64,000 bases of DNA from Chrysomallon squamiferum (Eukaryota; Animalia; Mollusca). The notes beneath the pieces were generated by a model, which did no database searches, was not told the origin of the DNA, and was given only the letters and a program-made list of their open reading frames with translations. Below are positions 15,859-31,187 of this stretch, piece after piece. The stretch lies in NCBI GenBank assembly GCA_012295275.1, contig CM022677.1, forward strand, positions 1,302,001-1,366,000, given 5' to 3'. Every line of letters starts with the position of its first letter. Positions within the stretch are counted from its first letter, which is position 1. The translations under genes were made by a program, and so were the position numbers.

Positions 15859-15935
<77 letters not shown>

Positions 15936-17165
15936 TGTATGTTTTGGGTTTTTTGTTGTTGTTGTGTTTGTTTCTCAGTTAGGTCTCTGTTCATCTGTTA
16001 TTAATAGACGTTAAGACACTTCACACCAGTGCACTCAGAGTCTGCGCCACAGATTCCTCGCAGTGAGCTAAAGGTGACATTTTTCATGGTTTTCCAGTAA
16101 AGGTAAAACAAAGGTAATTTTATTATTTTTTAACGTGAAACAGAAGATTACTCCGACCTCAGATTTCGTTTAAATATTTTTACTGTACAAATTGTAAAAG
16201 TATATTAGTAGCTGTGAGCAGGATTAATTAAACGAAACGAAATAAATCCTTAATCAGTGCCTGTGTCTGTAGGACTGTATCCTGCGGACAATGATTATTA
16301 TTTGAGGCTCTACAGAAGTGAACTTGATAACACACAGTTAATCAAACGTCTTTTTACACTGGTACTCAGCTGTTATTTTTTAATCTTTATTAGTTTTCTT
16401 TTCTCTAGAAAAGTTTTTTTTTTTTTTATATATTGCAACTATGGTATTAAAAAAATTGTTGGTAGAAGTGAAAGCCTGGCTGTAGTTTGTGTAAATTTTA
16501 ATATCGATATCGTGGCAATACTGGACGGTGCGTTACACAAGCGACACTCGTCCGTTTTAGACTGAAAATTATATTTTAAATAACGTGATAGCTTCCTTTT
16601 TGGTTCCGCCCCTAAACTGGGTGCACCGGATTATTCAAGACTGTAACATTTCTGTACTGAAACATATTCCTGAGTGTGAAGCCGTTCTACGTAGAAAGAT
16701 TCAGAAATAATTCTACTGGAAAAAGGTAGGCAGACCCACGAGGTATAACGATTAGATAAAATATTTGTAACATATCTGACAAGGTTAGTACTATGAGGAT
16801 GACAAGAAGCGTGTACATATGGATGTTAAATTGCCAAATATGCGAGAAAAGCATATAAAACAGACAGAAAAAAAAAAAATAAAAAATAAATAAAAAAATC
16901 TATGTCCATGGCAAACAGCCACATCCATCCACTGATCCATCCTTTTGACTTTTTATCTCACTGTGTTTAACTCTTTGGTTTCAATACTGAATGACGTACT
17001 TGCATAACCACACAGATACTGTACTGAGAGAAAACTCGTGAAATTTCAGCTCCGATCGTATTTCTGAATGAATTTTTACCAGTCTAGTGGTAACTGTCAG
17101 TATGACGTCACTGCATACACTATTTTTATCGATTAACCGTAAGTAATTTTTTTAATTTTTTAATT

Positions 17166-17583
17166 CCACTTTGGTGCTGTACCAGGAACGTATCAGTTGT
17201 ATTACTATTATTTGTTATACCACCTTGGTGTAGTACCAGCAACGTATCAGTTGTATTTCTATTATTTTTTTTACCACTTTGGTGTAGTACCAGTAACGTA
17301 TCATTTGTATTACTATTATTTCTTATACCACCTTGGTGTAGTACCAGCAACGTATCAGTTGTATTACTATTATTTGTTTTACCACCTTGGTGTAGTACCA
17401 GCAACGTATCAGTTGTATTACTATTATTTGTTTTACCACCTTGGTGTAGTACCAGCAACGTATCAGTTGTATTACTATTATTTGTTTTACCACCTTGGTG
17501 TAGTACCAGCAACGTATCAGTTGTATTACTATTATTTGTTTTACCAACTTGGTGTAGTACCAGCAACGTATCAGTTGTATTAC
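17166..17583. repeat. 54-nt minisatellite, ~7.7 copies
   Basis: Unit CCACCTTGGTGTAGTACCAGCAACGTATCAGTTGTATTACTATTATTTGTTTTA. Confidence 0.95.
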
Positions 17584-18110
17584 GATTAGCTGTTCTGTAA
17601 TTAAGCTAAAAGTAGCTCGTGTAATATGTCACACAAAATCGTTTTTAAAAAAAAACTGATTGATGGCAGGTGATACAAAAGAAAATCGAAGGTACCTACA
17701 TTGCAGATGTAATTACTGTCGTAGTATCATTTTATAAATTAAAAACAAATAAGGATGCTTAAACAGTTTTCTTGTGCAAGAAGCCCAAAATTTACAAACA
17801 TATAAAAATACGTTTGAAGTTAGGAATATTTATCTTGTAGCGATGTAAAATGTGTATCTGATGAAATTAATAAATAAATTGATTTATGAAAAAGTACGGT
17901 GAAACTGTTTTAAATTATAAAATAATCTTATATGCTTTCACAACGTTATCAAACAGTGTATATAGAATGCAGTTATATAAACAATACTAAATTATGTGTA
18001 AATATTATAGACATTATCTTTAAATAACTTATTATGTAAAAATATATTAAAAATATGAATGACATTTAAGTTATGTATACTTCGGGTCATTCGAATATTA
18101 AATATATATA

Positions 18111-18141
<31 letters not shown>

Positions 18142-19339
18142 TTTATTTATTTTTTAAAACAAATTTTTTTTAATGATATTCACCGAAGACCTTTTTATGT
18201 ATCAGTTCACCTTTTATTCGTATGATTTGTTCTGTGACATCAACTGTTTGTTAACCTTTTGTTATCGTATTTGTAAGTCACTTCATAGATCTGCGTCAAC
18301 TGACTAATCTCGACGTTCAAACAAACACTCGGATACAGCTGTTTGAACAAAGCACTGAGCTGCTTCTTCATACGTTCTCGTTAATAGTTCGTGAAAATAT
18401 GAAAGTTGCGGATTTCTGCTTGAGCTGATTTCTTGTAAGAGTACCTGGATGACAGACACACTTATTTACATCTGACGTTCGTGCCGTGTTTGTGACAAAT
18501 TTCTCATCTTGGTATTTCATAATTAAAAACTAAAGTTTCGGCAATTGATATGGTGACGACAGTGCGGTATCGTCAAGAAAATAAATAAAAACAATCAAGC
18601 AAACAAATAAAAAAAAAAGTCCAGTTATTAAAATGTAAATGTGTAAAAATAATAATAATAACATTTCATTGTAACTACCATAGCGATAAGTTTAAATTAA
18701 CGGCATATATAAAAAAGACATGAAGCATATTAATTAACTAATTAACACCTGAAACCTGTGATAAAGGTGAATATACGACAGCTGACTCTGTTATTGATAT
18801 CAACCCGCATTTGTTACAAACACAACTGACCTTCTATTCAATACACGTTGTTTTATCTTTCACACGTTTCACACAGTGCCTGCACACAGAGACTAATTAT
18901 GACTATGAATATAAAAAACATTCTTCTTACTAAAATAATACACAGAAAAGTTTGAATGATTTTTTTTTTGTTCTTTGTTCCTCACTCATTCTTTCTCTCT
19001 GTCTCTCTGTCTCTTTTTCTGTCTTATCTTTGTCTATCTGTCTGTCTGACTGTAATCATAAAACAGATAATAAACAGCACTAGACAGATAAAAATATCGT
19101 CAGTAGCAAGTCTTACATAAAACCGTTAAGAAATTAAACATTCTCGTTTATCTGTTTGTTAACTGATAATTGTTTTTACATTTCTATCTGTCTTTCTCTT
19201 CCGTGTCTACATACCTCACTACATACCTACCTAGTAATCACCTTTATTATCATTATTATAATCTAATAACTGCCGTCACTCCTTAACAATCATCCCCCTT
19301 TTTATCAATTTCTTTGCACGAAATGTATGTTGTCAGTCT

Positions 19340-19452
<113 letters not shown>

Positions 19453-19456
19453 TCTC

Positions 19457-19487
<31 letters not shown>

Positions 19488-19807
19488 ATTTATACATATA
19501 CATATTACCGAGGCTTTTAGTAACAGTTAAAAACAGATGATCTGTTTTCTCCAGTTATTCAGTTAAATATATATATATATATATTTGTAATCGGTATATT
19601 TATTATTTTATTATTACTATTTTTAATTTAGGTAGAATTTTAAAAATGTATTTTACAATTCTAATTTGTCTATTTTTTTTTATTAGTATTATTATTTTTT
19701 TGCGATTTTTATTTATTATTTATTTATTTATTATTATTATTATTATTTTAATGTGCCAATAAATTAAAATTAATGTTATTCTATCTATGCATATTTCATT
19801 TTTGAAA

Positions 19808-19983
19808 TGACGTCACTGTCATACCCATACGTCAACAGGCACGTTATTGCTGTAGAATGAAAATCACGTGACGTCATTACTAACATTCGATGCCAGATGT
19901 CGCACACATAAAACTGGAACGCTGGTATTCAAAGTGTAAACAGAAACAGTGACGTATGTCTCCCTAAATCAAATGTGACGTCA
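19808..19983. promoter_or_regulatory. Cluster of three full CRE palindromes (TGACGTCA) in the RasGRF intron
   Basis: TGACGTCA at 19808, 19869 (overlapping TCACGTGA at 19864) and 19976, plus half-site TGACGTA at 19950. Confidence 0.45.
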
Positions 19984-20094
19984 AATTCCAAAACATACCT
20001 TATAATTTATCTGTGTTGTAAAATTCTAATGTAGTCTACATATTTTTCTTCAGCATACCTAAATATTGATTTTATTCCGTATGAACACACACAA

Positions 20095-20140
<46 letters not shown>

Positions 20141-20327
20141 CCGGCTGCTGACTTTTTTGAAGAGACAATAATTTCATACATTATGCATACATAAATAATG
20201 TGAAACCAGCTAATCAGTTTTCGTTTCGAGTTACTGATCTGAAACAGACAACCTAGAAACATTATCGGAATTTAACCCTCAATTTGTTTTTTGTATCTAT
20301 ATATGTTTCTCTGGTTTTCAAAATAGA

Positions 20328-20367
<40 letters not shown>

Positions 20368-20682
20368 CAAATTAATCTGAATACATCCAACTGTTTCAGA
20401 AAATCAAATCCTTAAACCAGAGATTTGGTTCATGTTGCAACGTCATGACTGCCTAACAAAATATCTTAAATCTTGTCTCGTCACTATTCCTACTGTTTTC
20501 CTTTTGGCAATGAAAGCTGGATAAACAACTGTATGCTTTATGAGTGAGTCTGTATGTGTGTCTGTGCGTGCGTGCGCGTGCGTGTATGTAACCACACACC
20601 TGAAAGAATAATAAGTTAAAAAACAACAAATAAATAAACATATTAAAATGAAAAAAAAATAATTTTTACATATACTACTCAC

Positions 20683-20955
20683 GAGTTTCTCGCTCTCCTT
20701 TCCTTTGTGAAGAGTCGCTGGGGCGATCACCCGGTCGCAGTAACTGCCTTCCAGCAAAGCTGCCCCGGAAGGACGGACGGACGATTCGTGTTCGTAATAG
20801 AAGAGCACATTCTGATAGAGAATGAAATACCTCAACTGCCATTTCCCAGTGTCTGAGCTTTTCTTGTACAGGTTGCCGCAAATAGTGTTCTCGTGTCTGG
20901 CCTTACCCGCCAGGTAGAGCAGTTGACTTTCGTTGAAACGCAAACCCTTCTGCAT
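20683..20955 (-). CDS. RASGRF1: Ras-specific guanine nucleotide-releasing factor (RasGRF1/2 orthologue), first coding exon, N-terminal PH domain; gene continues beyond the left edge
   Basis: Translates MQKGLRFNESQLLYLAGKARHENTICGNLYKKSSDTGKWQLRYFILYQNVLFYYEHESSVRPSGAALLEGSYCDRV..EKL. This matches the vertebrate RASGRF N-terminus as I recall it (MQKAIRLNDG..GYLSKRSSDNTKWQTKWFALLQNLLFYFESDSSSRPSGLYLLEGCVCDR). 273 nt ending in a phase-0 GTGAGT donor at 20682. RASGRF1 vs RASGRF2 cannot be distinguished (likely co-orthologue). Confidence 0.92.
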
Positions 20956-22350
20956 ATTTACTGCTGTCTCACGTGAGAGATGCTGACAGTAAAACGTAAT
21001 GTGCGTTTAATTGGTTCGTGTGGTTGTCTCAGAACTGCACATAACAATGGCAGGCTGAGCACTGAGGCCTTTTCTCCGATAATCACAAGCCAAAGTGAAC
21101 AGACGATTGTTTCGAAAAGAGAACGGCTCAGCGCGCCATCGCAACTTTCATATCTATCACAGAAATATCGTAATAGCTAATTTTTGCCTGGCAACGAGGA
21201 TCCTTTCATCGTCAGGGTGGAAAGTACGACAGTCACAAATCGACTGGTCACTGAACAATAGCGGTCAGATCGCGAACTCTCTGTTGTGCGACACAAACAC
21301 ACCTGTGCAAAGGTGTGACAAAAATACAGGTGCACAAAAATTGAAAAAAATAAATAATAAAAATAAATAAGCAAAAAAATATAGAAGACAAAATAAACAA
21401 AATATATAGCTGTATCCTGTAGTTATATTAAAAAAATGTTTTTTTTTTTGTTAACCAGACTCCTTACGAAAATGATCGTATCTCCATAGAAATATACATA
21501 GAAATATACGTATATATGTATACACATATATAATATATTTTCTAATTTCTTCAAAACATTTCTGTCTGAAATATCTTTTTCTCCTTCAAATGAAACCAGT
21601 TGATTTTGAGATGAGAAAATTAAAAATGAATCATGTATTTCAAACAACGATAAAATAAATCTTCCCTTTAGGGATGAAAACATTATTACACAACATAGTG
21701 TCCCGAAAATGCCAAACTACGGATTAATTACAAATAGCCTGTGAATATGACAGCTCCGTGTATCCATTTGTGTAGTAGCAGACGACAGACTTGGCACTAG
21801 TTCTGTGCACACATGACACACACACCTGTCGCTCGCGTATCCAAGTCGGCAGACAGCCACTGTTTATACACCAGCCGAAACGACGAGAGAAAAAAGCCAA
21901 CAAAAAAACATACACAGATTAATGTATTCACCCGCAACGACCACAATAAACCCCATCTAAAGAAAATGATAAAAGAAAAAGAAATTAAAAACACTTAAAA
22001 AAAAAGTCATGGATTCATAATGAACACGGCATACCGTTAATCCACAGCCATTTGTGGTTTTATCTTCGTCCGTAGTTTTATACAAAACGTGCAACAACTT
22101 GGAAAGCTGTCGGCTGCTCGGCTTTCTGAGCGGCGGGAAAAATCGACTGACGGTTTCTGTACGAGAGTTGTCACATGGAAAAGCGACACAGACTCTGACA
22201 GCAGAGGGCGGTCTTCAGCATGAAGCAGACGAACTGCGCGATGTACATTTGTTTATCCAGCGAGTTTACTTCTGTGTCGTTTGTCGCTTCAGCGCATACT
22301 TCACGTTTTTCCGTGTCAAAGGGCACGCGGTTCCGAAGTAGAACTCACGT
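20956..22350 (-). promoter_or_regulatory. CpG-richer, repeat-free region upstream of the RasGRF ATG (5' UTR/promoter candidate)
   Basis: Visibly GC/CpG-richer unique blocks at ~20956-21330 and ~21720-22350; TCACGTGA at 20969. Confidence 0.35.
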
Positions 22351-22477
22351 AGCTGCTTCAATTTATTTGTTTATTTATCATGTTAAAAACATAACATGAA
22401 AGAATACTTACGATGATGCAATTAAGTGAGAAAAAAAAAAAAAATTACACCACTATATGTACATAAATTATAAATAT

Positions 22478-22535
<58 letters not shown>

Positions 22536-23490
22536 ATTAAAAACATACATTTAGTTGAAATAAACGCAGCTGAAAGAGCAACAACAGTATTAATAGTAAA
22601 AGAAACATCTAATAGTTGTGTGTCTGAGTGAGTACGTGTGTGTGTGTGTGTGTATGTGATATTTATTCACATACACACACACACACACACACACACTGTA
22701 AATAAACACTGTTGATAGTATTTCTGCACAAGCAGGCTTGTCATTCCAGAGTACATCTGGTTTATGCTATGACGTTTTTATTTTACATTTCTTACTTTCT
22801 TTTACGTGTAACGCATCCGATAAGGGCGGGCTGGGGATGGGGGAATTTCATAAATATTCATAAGTTGAAATAATTGAAATCATCACATGCACTGTCAGAT
22901 GAGCGTTAATTTAAAAAAAAAAAAAAAAATTTATTTATTTTTTAACAGATTTCAAAAAAAATGTTTATTAATTTGTTTATAGGACTAAAATTGTGATATC
23001 TAGATAATAAATGTTAAATTAATCATACAAAAATAAATAAATATGTAACATGAAGAAAAATAATAAAAACAAATGCTATAAGAAACTGAACGAAAGACCG
23101 ACGCAGAAGGTCAAGAAACAGAACTGTCTCCACTAAACTAGTAAACAAATATCTTTGCAAAACGTTAGAAACATAAAACAAACAGAGCCAAGTAGAAAAC
23201 ATTTGCAGTTTGCAGAATTCATATCTGAATGGTTATTTGTGTAAGAGTCTATATTAGGTTGTCAGACAAACACAGCAACATGTAAACATAAACAAGAAAT
23301 ATCTGTAAAATTTTAAATCTTTTTTATAATAGACAAAACTAATTAATACGTAATTATGAGAGAAGTATTTATGTTTTATGTATGTTTGTATGTATGTTTG
23401 TATTTATGTATGTGTATAAGTATATATATATGTGTGTGTGTGTATACGTATGTATATAGATACGACTATTCTGTTTCTCAATTACTTTTA

Positions 23491-23620
23491 TTAGACTCTG
23501 CCTATAGACAGTATTCTGGAACTTAGTGGCCTAGGAGGACAAAGTCTAATCATCACGTCACAAACGTCAGATTCCGCTGGCGAGACTCGAACGTATGGCA
23601 CCCATTCCATCCCATTCTGA
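23491..23620 (-). mobile_element. tRNA-derived SINE-like element (copy 2, 5'-truncated)
   Basis: Reverse complement GAATGGGTGCCATACGTTCGAGTCTCGCCAGCGGAATCTGACG..GACTTTGTCCTCCT..GCAGAGTCTAA matches 42302-42420; B-box GTTCGAGTC. Confidence 0.65.
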
Positions 23621-24104
23621 ATTGTGTGTGTGAATGTATCTGTGTTTGTATGCACGTACGTACGTATTTTTATATGTGTGCGTATGTAGATGAGTGGGTA
23701 TGGATGTAATTGCGTGTACCAGTGTGAACATATCGATCTATCTATCGCTTACTGGTTCTGTTACACGTCTGTATGTTTGTATAGTTCACAAATGAACACG
23801 TGTTTTATAATAGATCAATTTTTGTTCTCGCGACATTTATGTAACAGCGTAATAACTATTAAGACAGTTTAAAGATACACTATATTCAGAATTCAACCAA
23901 GCAAAAAATAAAAAAAAAAAAAAAAATAAATAAAAGAAAAAGAAAAAAGAAAAAAAAAAAAAGAAAACTAAAAAAAACACTAAAAAAAAAAAAAAAAAAA
24001 CAAACATATGATAAAAAGACCGAACAATATATATTAATGAATGACGAACAAACCAAATTAAATAACTATTTTTTTCTTCTTACTTTTAAATGTGTACAGT
24101 TTTG

Positions 24105-24203
<99 letters not shown>

Positions 24204-24845
24204 TTCTACTTTTTTCTCTCTGTCTCTTTCTCATTCTCATTATTTCTGTCTCTCTGTCTTTTTCTCACTCTCCCCTGTTCTCTGACTCTGTCTTTCATTG
24301 TTCCTGTACATGAGATTATAATAATGACAGAGCTGTACAGTTTGTGTTGTAAACAAACAAATACATAAATAAATAAATAAATAATTTTATAGATGTAAAA
24401 AAAAAAAACAATACAGTGCCTTTAATAAAGGTATTAGAAAATCGTACCACATCTATAACAGAGTAACAATTTTAATGACGTCAAGCGAACGAGTTCATGT
24501 GATTTGTAACAAACTCTGCAACTGTGGAACAGTTCCCGTCTTTTACACATTAAATGTTAATGTTTTGTGTCTGTTCTACAGAAAGCAGCCCTGGCATTGT
24601 CATGGAAACAAATAAGAACAGAAACGAACTGAGGCGAATTGTTGCGAACAGATACGAACTCAACCGAAGGAAATAGATGTTTATTATGCGGATTTAGAGT
24701 TTAGCGCGTGGACCTAAAGCTGATTAGAACTTGGTATTATCTCCATGATTTAGATCAGATTAAAAAGGAATTTGTTATTAATACAAGTTCGACATCATAA
24801 ACCTATGAAAGGCATGATGAAGAAATTGAAGAAAAAAGAAAACAA

Positions 24846-24981
<136 letters not shown>

Positions 24982-26379
24982 CAGCGGTCTTAGTAATGAT
25001 TATAATGATGATGATGATTATAATAATAATAAAAGTAATAATAAGAAGTACTGCTAAAATGACTACGACTACCTCTATTACTACTGCTAAATCTATTACG
25101 GCTGTTGATGCTGCTGCCTCTGCTGTTGTAGTATTTTTTATTTAGATATATGTGATAGCCACCATCCTTATTATTCTTATCATCATCAACATCTTTATCG
25201 TCATCCTGTTATTCTTGTTATTGTTATTAATCTCCAGAGTTTTGAGGTGAATGATATCAAGAACTTTCGGGCTCATAAAACAACTGGTGTTATTGTTACA
25301 TGTTTATGTATTTTTAATTTTTAGCTTAAGTGGAGTTGTGGTTTTTGTAAACATCATAAAAGATACAGTTTTCTAGCGTCATGAAAGTACCATGCAGGAT
25401 CTGCTTAATTGTAGATTCTATTGAAAATGAAAAGGAATAGATGCTGAATAATTTGTTTGTTGTTCGTATATTTGTCATGTATAATAATTTATTCTTGTCA
25501 CAGTTTTTATTCATGTAAGTTTGTATTTTCAATAGGTAGATCTCGTGCCTTCCCAACTTTTTTAACTGTAAATTTTATTTTTGTTACTATCATCATCAGC
25601 AGTAACATCAGCAGCTGCAGCAGCATTATAACCAAGATCATCATCACAAAAATAATCATTATCATCATTAACTTCATAACATCATCATCATCATCATCAT
25701 TTTCTTCATCATCGTTTGCAATTAACGGGGACGACATGGAGTACGTGTACGAAGCCAGATCAGTTGCTAATGAGTTCATCTTCTTCAGTTTTCACCTACT
25801 TGATACATGTTAATTATCCTTCCAAAAATATATCTGTTTCCACCACCGACCTCGTTTTAAAATTTCGAAAATCTCGCTTTCGAATCATTCGCGTATGAAC
25901 CCGTTTTCCAGTTCTTTGATTACCGCGAGTCGAGCTGATGGCAAGAAAATTATTTTTTTTTTTTTTTTTTTTTTGACTGACGTTTTACGTATTATCTCGT
26001 TAATTATTCACTCAAAGCTTTTAGTACAGCTAGCCAGAACACTGTTTGTGCAGAGCGCTGTTTGGCACTTTTTGTTAGAGATGGTTTTGTTATCATTCCG
26101 ACTGATGCAGAATTTAAGTGTACCCGTTCTAGTATTTGTCTGTTTTGTTTACAGCATGAGATTTTAAAATTATTTCTTGTTAAAATGTATCGGTCATTGT
26201 TATAATTATTTGTATACGTTTTCATGTTCCAGTCTTATATATATATATATATATGTATATGTATTTGCTGTTGTGACGTGAAAATACTTTTGTTAATACT
26301 TCTGTTATTACTAGTAGTTGCTCCTGATACCGCTACTACTACTACTACTACTACTACTACTAATAATAATAATAATTAT

Positions 26380-26479
<100 letters not shown>

Positions 26480-26756
26480 AAACTAATATTACAGGTATAT
26501 TTAGACTGTAGGTCTTTCTACACATCTAGTTTATTAATAAAACTCGGTAAGTACAGGTAGATACAGGTAGGTAAACACTGGCACAGCTGAAGCGTTACCA
26601 ACTTTGTTTATTAATGGCGTTGTCGACAAGCGGTTGTCATCTACCACTGAAACTGTCACGTGACAGATTTTTACTCTTTCCTGTATAAGCTTGAAAGCTA
26701 ATTTGCTCTCTTTTCAGAACTGAGCATGCACCTTTTGTCCGTAACATTAGCAACGC

Positions 26757-26819
<63 letters not shown>

Positions 26820-27779
26820 GAGTACAGTAATATTTTTCAGTTTAATTTCTCAAAACGCTTTGGTTATTCCAGGTTATTTCATCACCATAGAAAGACGCGT
26901 CGAATAATGAATAATGTGGAACAAAGAGAGCTTTAAGGGAGCTAATTGTATATTTATACTTTTAAAGGCAGGTTTGAATAATGAAGCTTTGACTTTGTAA
27001 AATTATTTTGAAAATCATCCTGGTTTGATAATATCTTGAACTTAAATATTTTCTTTACCTTTTAGGTTTCCTTTTGTTTTTTCTTTGCTTTTAAAACAAA
27101 ATCTAGTTCTTATAAATTTGGCTCTTTATAATCTAGCTATTTATCTTTCTATCTGTCTATTCTGTCTGACTGTGTTCCTGTCTTTCTGCCTGTCTATCAA
27201 ATTATCTATTTTTTCATTCATTCATTCATTCATTCTTTCATTCTTTCTCACTTTCTTTGTTTCTGGTCTGCCGTTTAAAGACACAGAATCCCACAATCCG
27301 ACCCTTGTTTATGCGGACACGTTTCTGTTTGACCTCGCTCGGTGACGGATGAGAGCGAACCCTAAACACGACAAGGTAAATTGCACGCGTAAATCAGAGG
27401 AGAGGAAATTGTCTTCCCTCGCCGAGCTCTGTTGTTTCCTGTTGTGCTTACAATTAGAGGACAGATGGACAAAGACGTACATCAAGCAACTACTCATTAC
27501 TTCACGTCAGCTGGGATTCGTCTTTGGACGACAGTGTCACGTGACCCAGTAGGGTTAACGTGAACAACGGAACGACTCAGCGCGCACTGTTAATTAGCAT
27601 GATTACGGTAATGAGGGGAAACCGAGTTGAACCACTGGTCTGGTCCTTTATCACTGTTTATTTGTTTTACTTGTGATGTTTTAAAATTGTTATTTAGTAC
27701 GTTAAATTTTTTGTTATTTATTACATTTATGTTTAGCGGGATGATTACTGGCTTTGTGAGTCGTGTGAAAATATGGACA

Positions 27780-28470
27780 AACATACACACATACATACAT
27801 ACACATATACATACATACATACATACATACATACATACATACATACATACATACATACATACATACACACACATACATACATACATACATACATACACAC
27901 ACATACATACATACATACATACACACATACATACCTACACATATACATACATACATACATACATACATACATACACACAAACATACATACATACATACAT
28001 ATACACATACATACATACATACACACACATACATACATACATACATACATACACACATACATACACACACATACATACATACATACACACACATATATAC
28101 ATAAACATACATACATACACACACATACATACATACATACATACATACATACACGTACATACACACATACATACATACATACATACACACACATACATAC
28201 ATACATACATATATACATACACGTACATACATACATACATACATACACACATACATACATACATACATACACACACATACATACACACATACATACACAC
28301 ACATACACACATACATACATACATACACACACACATACATACATACATACACACATACATACATACACACACATACATACATACTTACATACATACACAC
28401 ACACAAATATACACACACATACATACACACACATACATACATACATACATACATACATACATACATACAT
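27780..28470. repeat. Compound (ACAT)n/(AC)n microsatellite
   Basis: Direct reading. Confidence 0.95.
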
Positions 28471-29241
28471 AAACTGTTAATAAAAAATGGAAATAAAATG
28501 AAATAATAATTTGTTTTGTTCATAATATAAATAAATAAATAAATAAATAAATAAATACAAGGACTTGGAAGAAAATATTCAATAATAAAATATACAAGGC
28601 AAATGAAAACAACAACAACAACAACAACAACAACAAAAAAAAAACCCCATTAAAATCAGAACGCCTTCAAAATTTAGTGTAAAACGGGAACTGTATCAAA
28701 GCATTAACAATAATAAAAAACCGACAAACTGCACGTACACTTACACAAATAGACTTAATGGGTAAAACATATTTCTGGCATCTATAATCCACAATATTCA
28801 CTGCCAGACTCGGAATTTATCGACATATAACATCAACGTGTAAATGAACAAAAGTAATAAATAAATGAGTAGCTGTGAAGACTTGTGTTTTTAAATGTTA
28901 AAAGTCAAACAATACGATTAGCAGTTACGTCCGTAGTTACTCAGTCAAATTCATTAACTAATATACTATCATGCATATACATTTATAGTTGGGGGTTGGG
29001 GTGCGTAATCGACGTTCAAAAGGGGTGGAGTTGCTAGGGAGGTGCAGAGGAATGCAGAAGATGCATTTTCCTACATTCTGGAATGTTGCACGATACGGGA
29101 CCTGCCTGGGCAACATGCGGTTCACATCGTCGGATTTTGAAAAATTTGAAACATACACGGACGCATTTCGGCAGGCGAGAGGGATTGCGTACGAAACACA
29201 CATACACACGCATGTTTGTGTGTTTTTTTTTTTTACTATCA

Positions 29242-29321
<80 letters not shown>

Positions 29322-31122
29322 TTGTTGTTGTTGCAACTGTGTGCATGTTTAGTCTCGTCCAAGAACATTTTTACATAGATATGATATAAAACTAAAACTG
29401 AGAAAGTGAAAACAGACACTGATATTTAATTCTTAGTAAACAGTTATTTACGTTCAGTGACGTAGTTTCCGCTTTATCATAAAAGACACAAATAGACCAA
29501 GGCAATTTTCTCTAATTGTGTGAGACCTGGAAAAGATCAGAGTTTGAGAAAATAATTATAACTCGACATATAAAACTAATAAAACATATTCTGTGGCTGT
29601 GTGACAAAATCTCATCGCAAACACTGATATTTATGTAAAGGGTTAGGGAATATGTTATGATTATCTCTGTACACTGAACAATAATAGCATATGAAGCCCG
29701 TTATTTGTTTAAAATATTTTTATTTATTTATTTATTTACCAGCTTACTTACTTATTACTTATTACTTATTTTATTTTATTTATTTATTTTATTTTATTTA
29801 TTTTCCAGATTTTCATATCTATTAATTTGCAACTGTGTTGTTTGTACTACTAAAACATCAGTAATCTAGTTAGCACCAAGTTGAAGTTGTAAATCAAGTT
29901 TTAAAATTTTACACTTTGTCCCGTCTCTTATTCTATTGGCTGTGTTTAGGTGACGTCATGATATTTGTTAATGTAAGTCAGCCAGTTTGTTCTGTGGAAT
30001 GACATAGGCAAACATAAATACAGGGTACGGGACAAAAACACGAAGTTTTATTATCACGAAAGTGTCTTTTATCTCTGGTGGAAGGAAGTAAAATGGCTTG
30101 TCGATCTGGAAATTGGGATAGCTCATTGATGACGTCAATAAAAAAAAAAAAATTCGGAATATTCCCACTGAAAACGTCAAAATTGTGAAGAAAAGAAAAC
30201 ACAACAAAAAACACAACAATAAATAAATAAATAATAAAAATAAATAGGAAAGAGGTATCAAACAGATATTATGAAGGATAAAAACCCACAAAGAACCTTA
30301 AATAAACATCGGCTATCTTTGAGTATTGGCGGCATGAAAAACACATGTAACACGTAATCCCTCAGCTACTGCGAAACGTTTTCGTGATTTCCCCACAGAC
30401 GAGATCAACAGGCCACAAGAAACGTCATACGACCCTCTGTGACTCGATTAATTATTCATGACCTCTTGTTTTCCTTATATAGGCAGAACACATATATATG
30501 TGAACTGTAAAAACACGGCGAATAATTGACAGTACAGTTTTAAAATAGATGTCCTAAAACAGCAAATTAGTAAGAGAAAAAATATATAATAATAAATAAG
30601 CACTGACATAATAATAAGATAAGCATAAATACACAGTAACCACAACAAGAGCAAGAAAACAACAACAATTTCCACTACTACAAAAATTACTACAGCAATA
30701 AAATCATCAGTAATAAATGATGCTGATGATCATCATGATGATTATAATGGTGACATCACCGATGACAATAACGATGAAAAAAAAAAGACTGCAAAGATAA
30801 ACAAACAAGAATTTAAGACTTATAAAAAGATACGTTTTTATTCAGATATCTATCTATCTATCTATCTATCTATCTGTCTATCTATCTATCAATCTAGCAA
30901 TCTATCAGTCTATCTATCTACCTGTCTATCTGTCTGTGTATCTCTCTATATACACACATACACACATATACATATAAAAAATGCAAACATACATACATAC
31001 ATACATACGTAAATACAAACGTCATATATACAAAGACACAAACATATACACATACATATAGTATATATATATCAGAGATGAGATAGAAGATAGAGAGATA
31101 TATAGATATAAGAGAGAGAGAC

Positions 31123-31187
<65 letters not shown>

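Noticed and set aside
17126-17589. 54-nt repeat as a CRISPR array or repeat protein (LLVLHQGGKTNNSNTTDT)n
   Set aside because: Head-to-tail units without unique spacers in a eukaryotic intron; frames are open only because 54 is a multiple of 3.
20443-20682. C-terminal part of the 170-aa ORF 20443-20955
   Set aside because: Read-through past the GTGAGT donor into the intron; homology stops at EKL.
28989-29378. 129-aa ORF (MQKMHFPTFWNVARYG...)
   Set aside because: No recognisable family; it runs into a microsatellite and is probably a repeat fragment.
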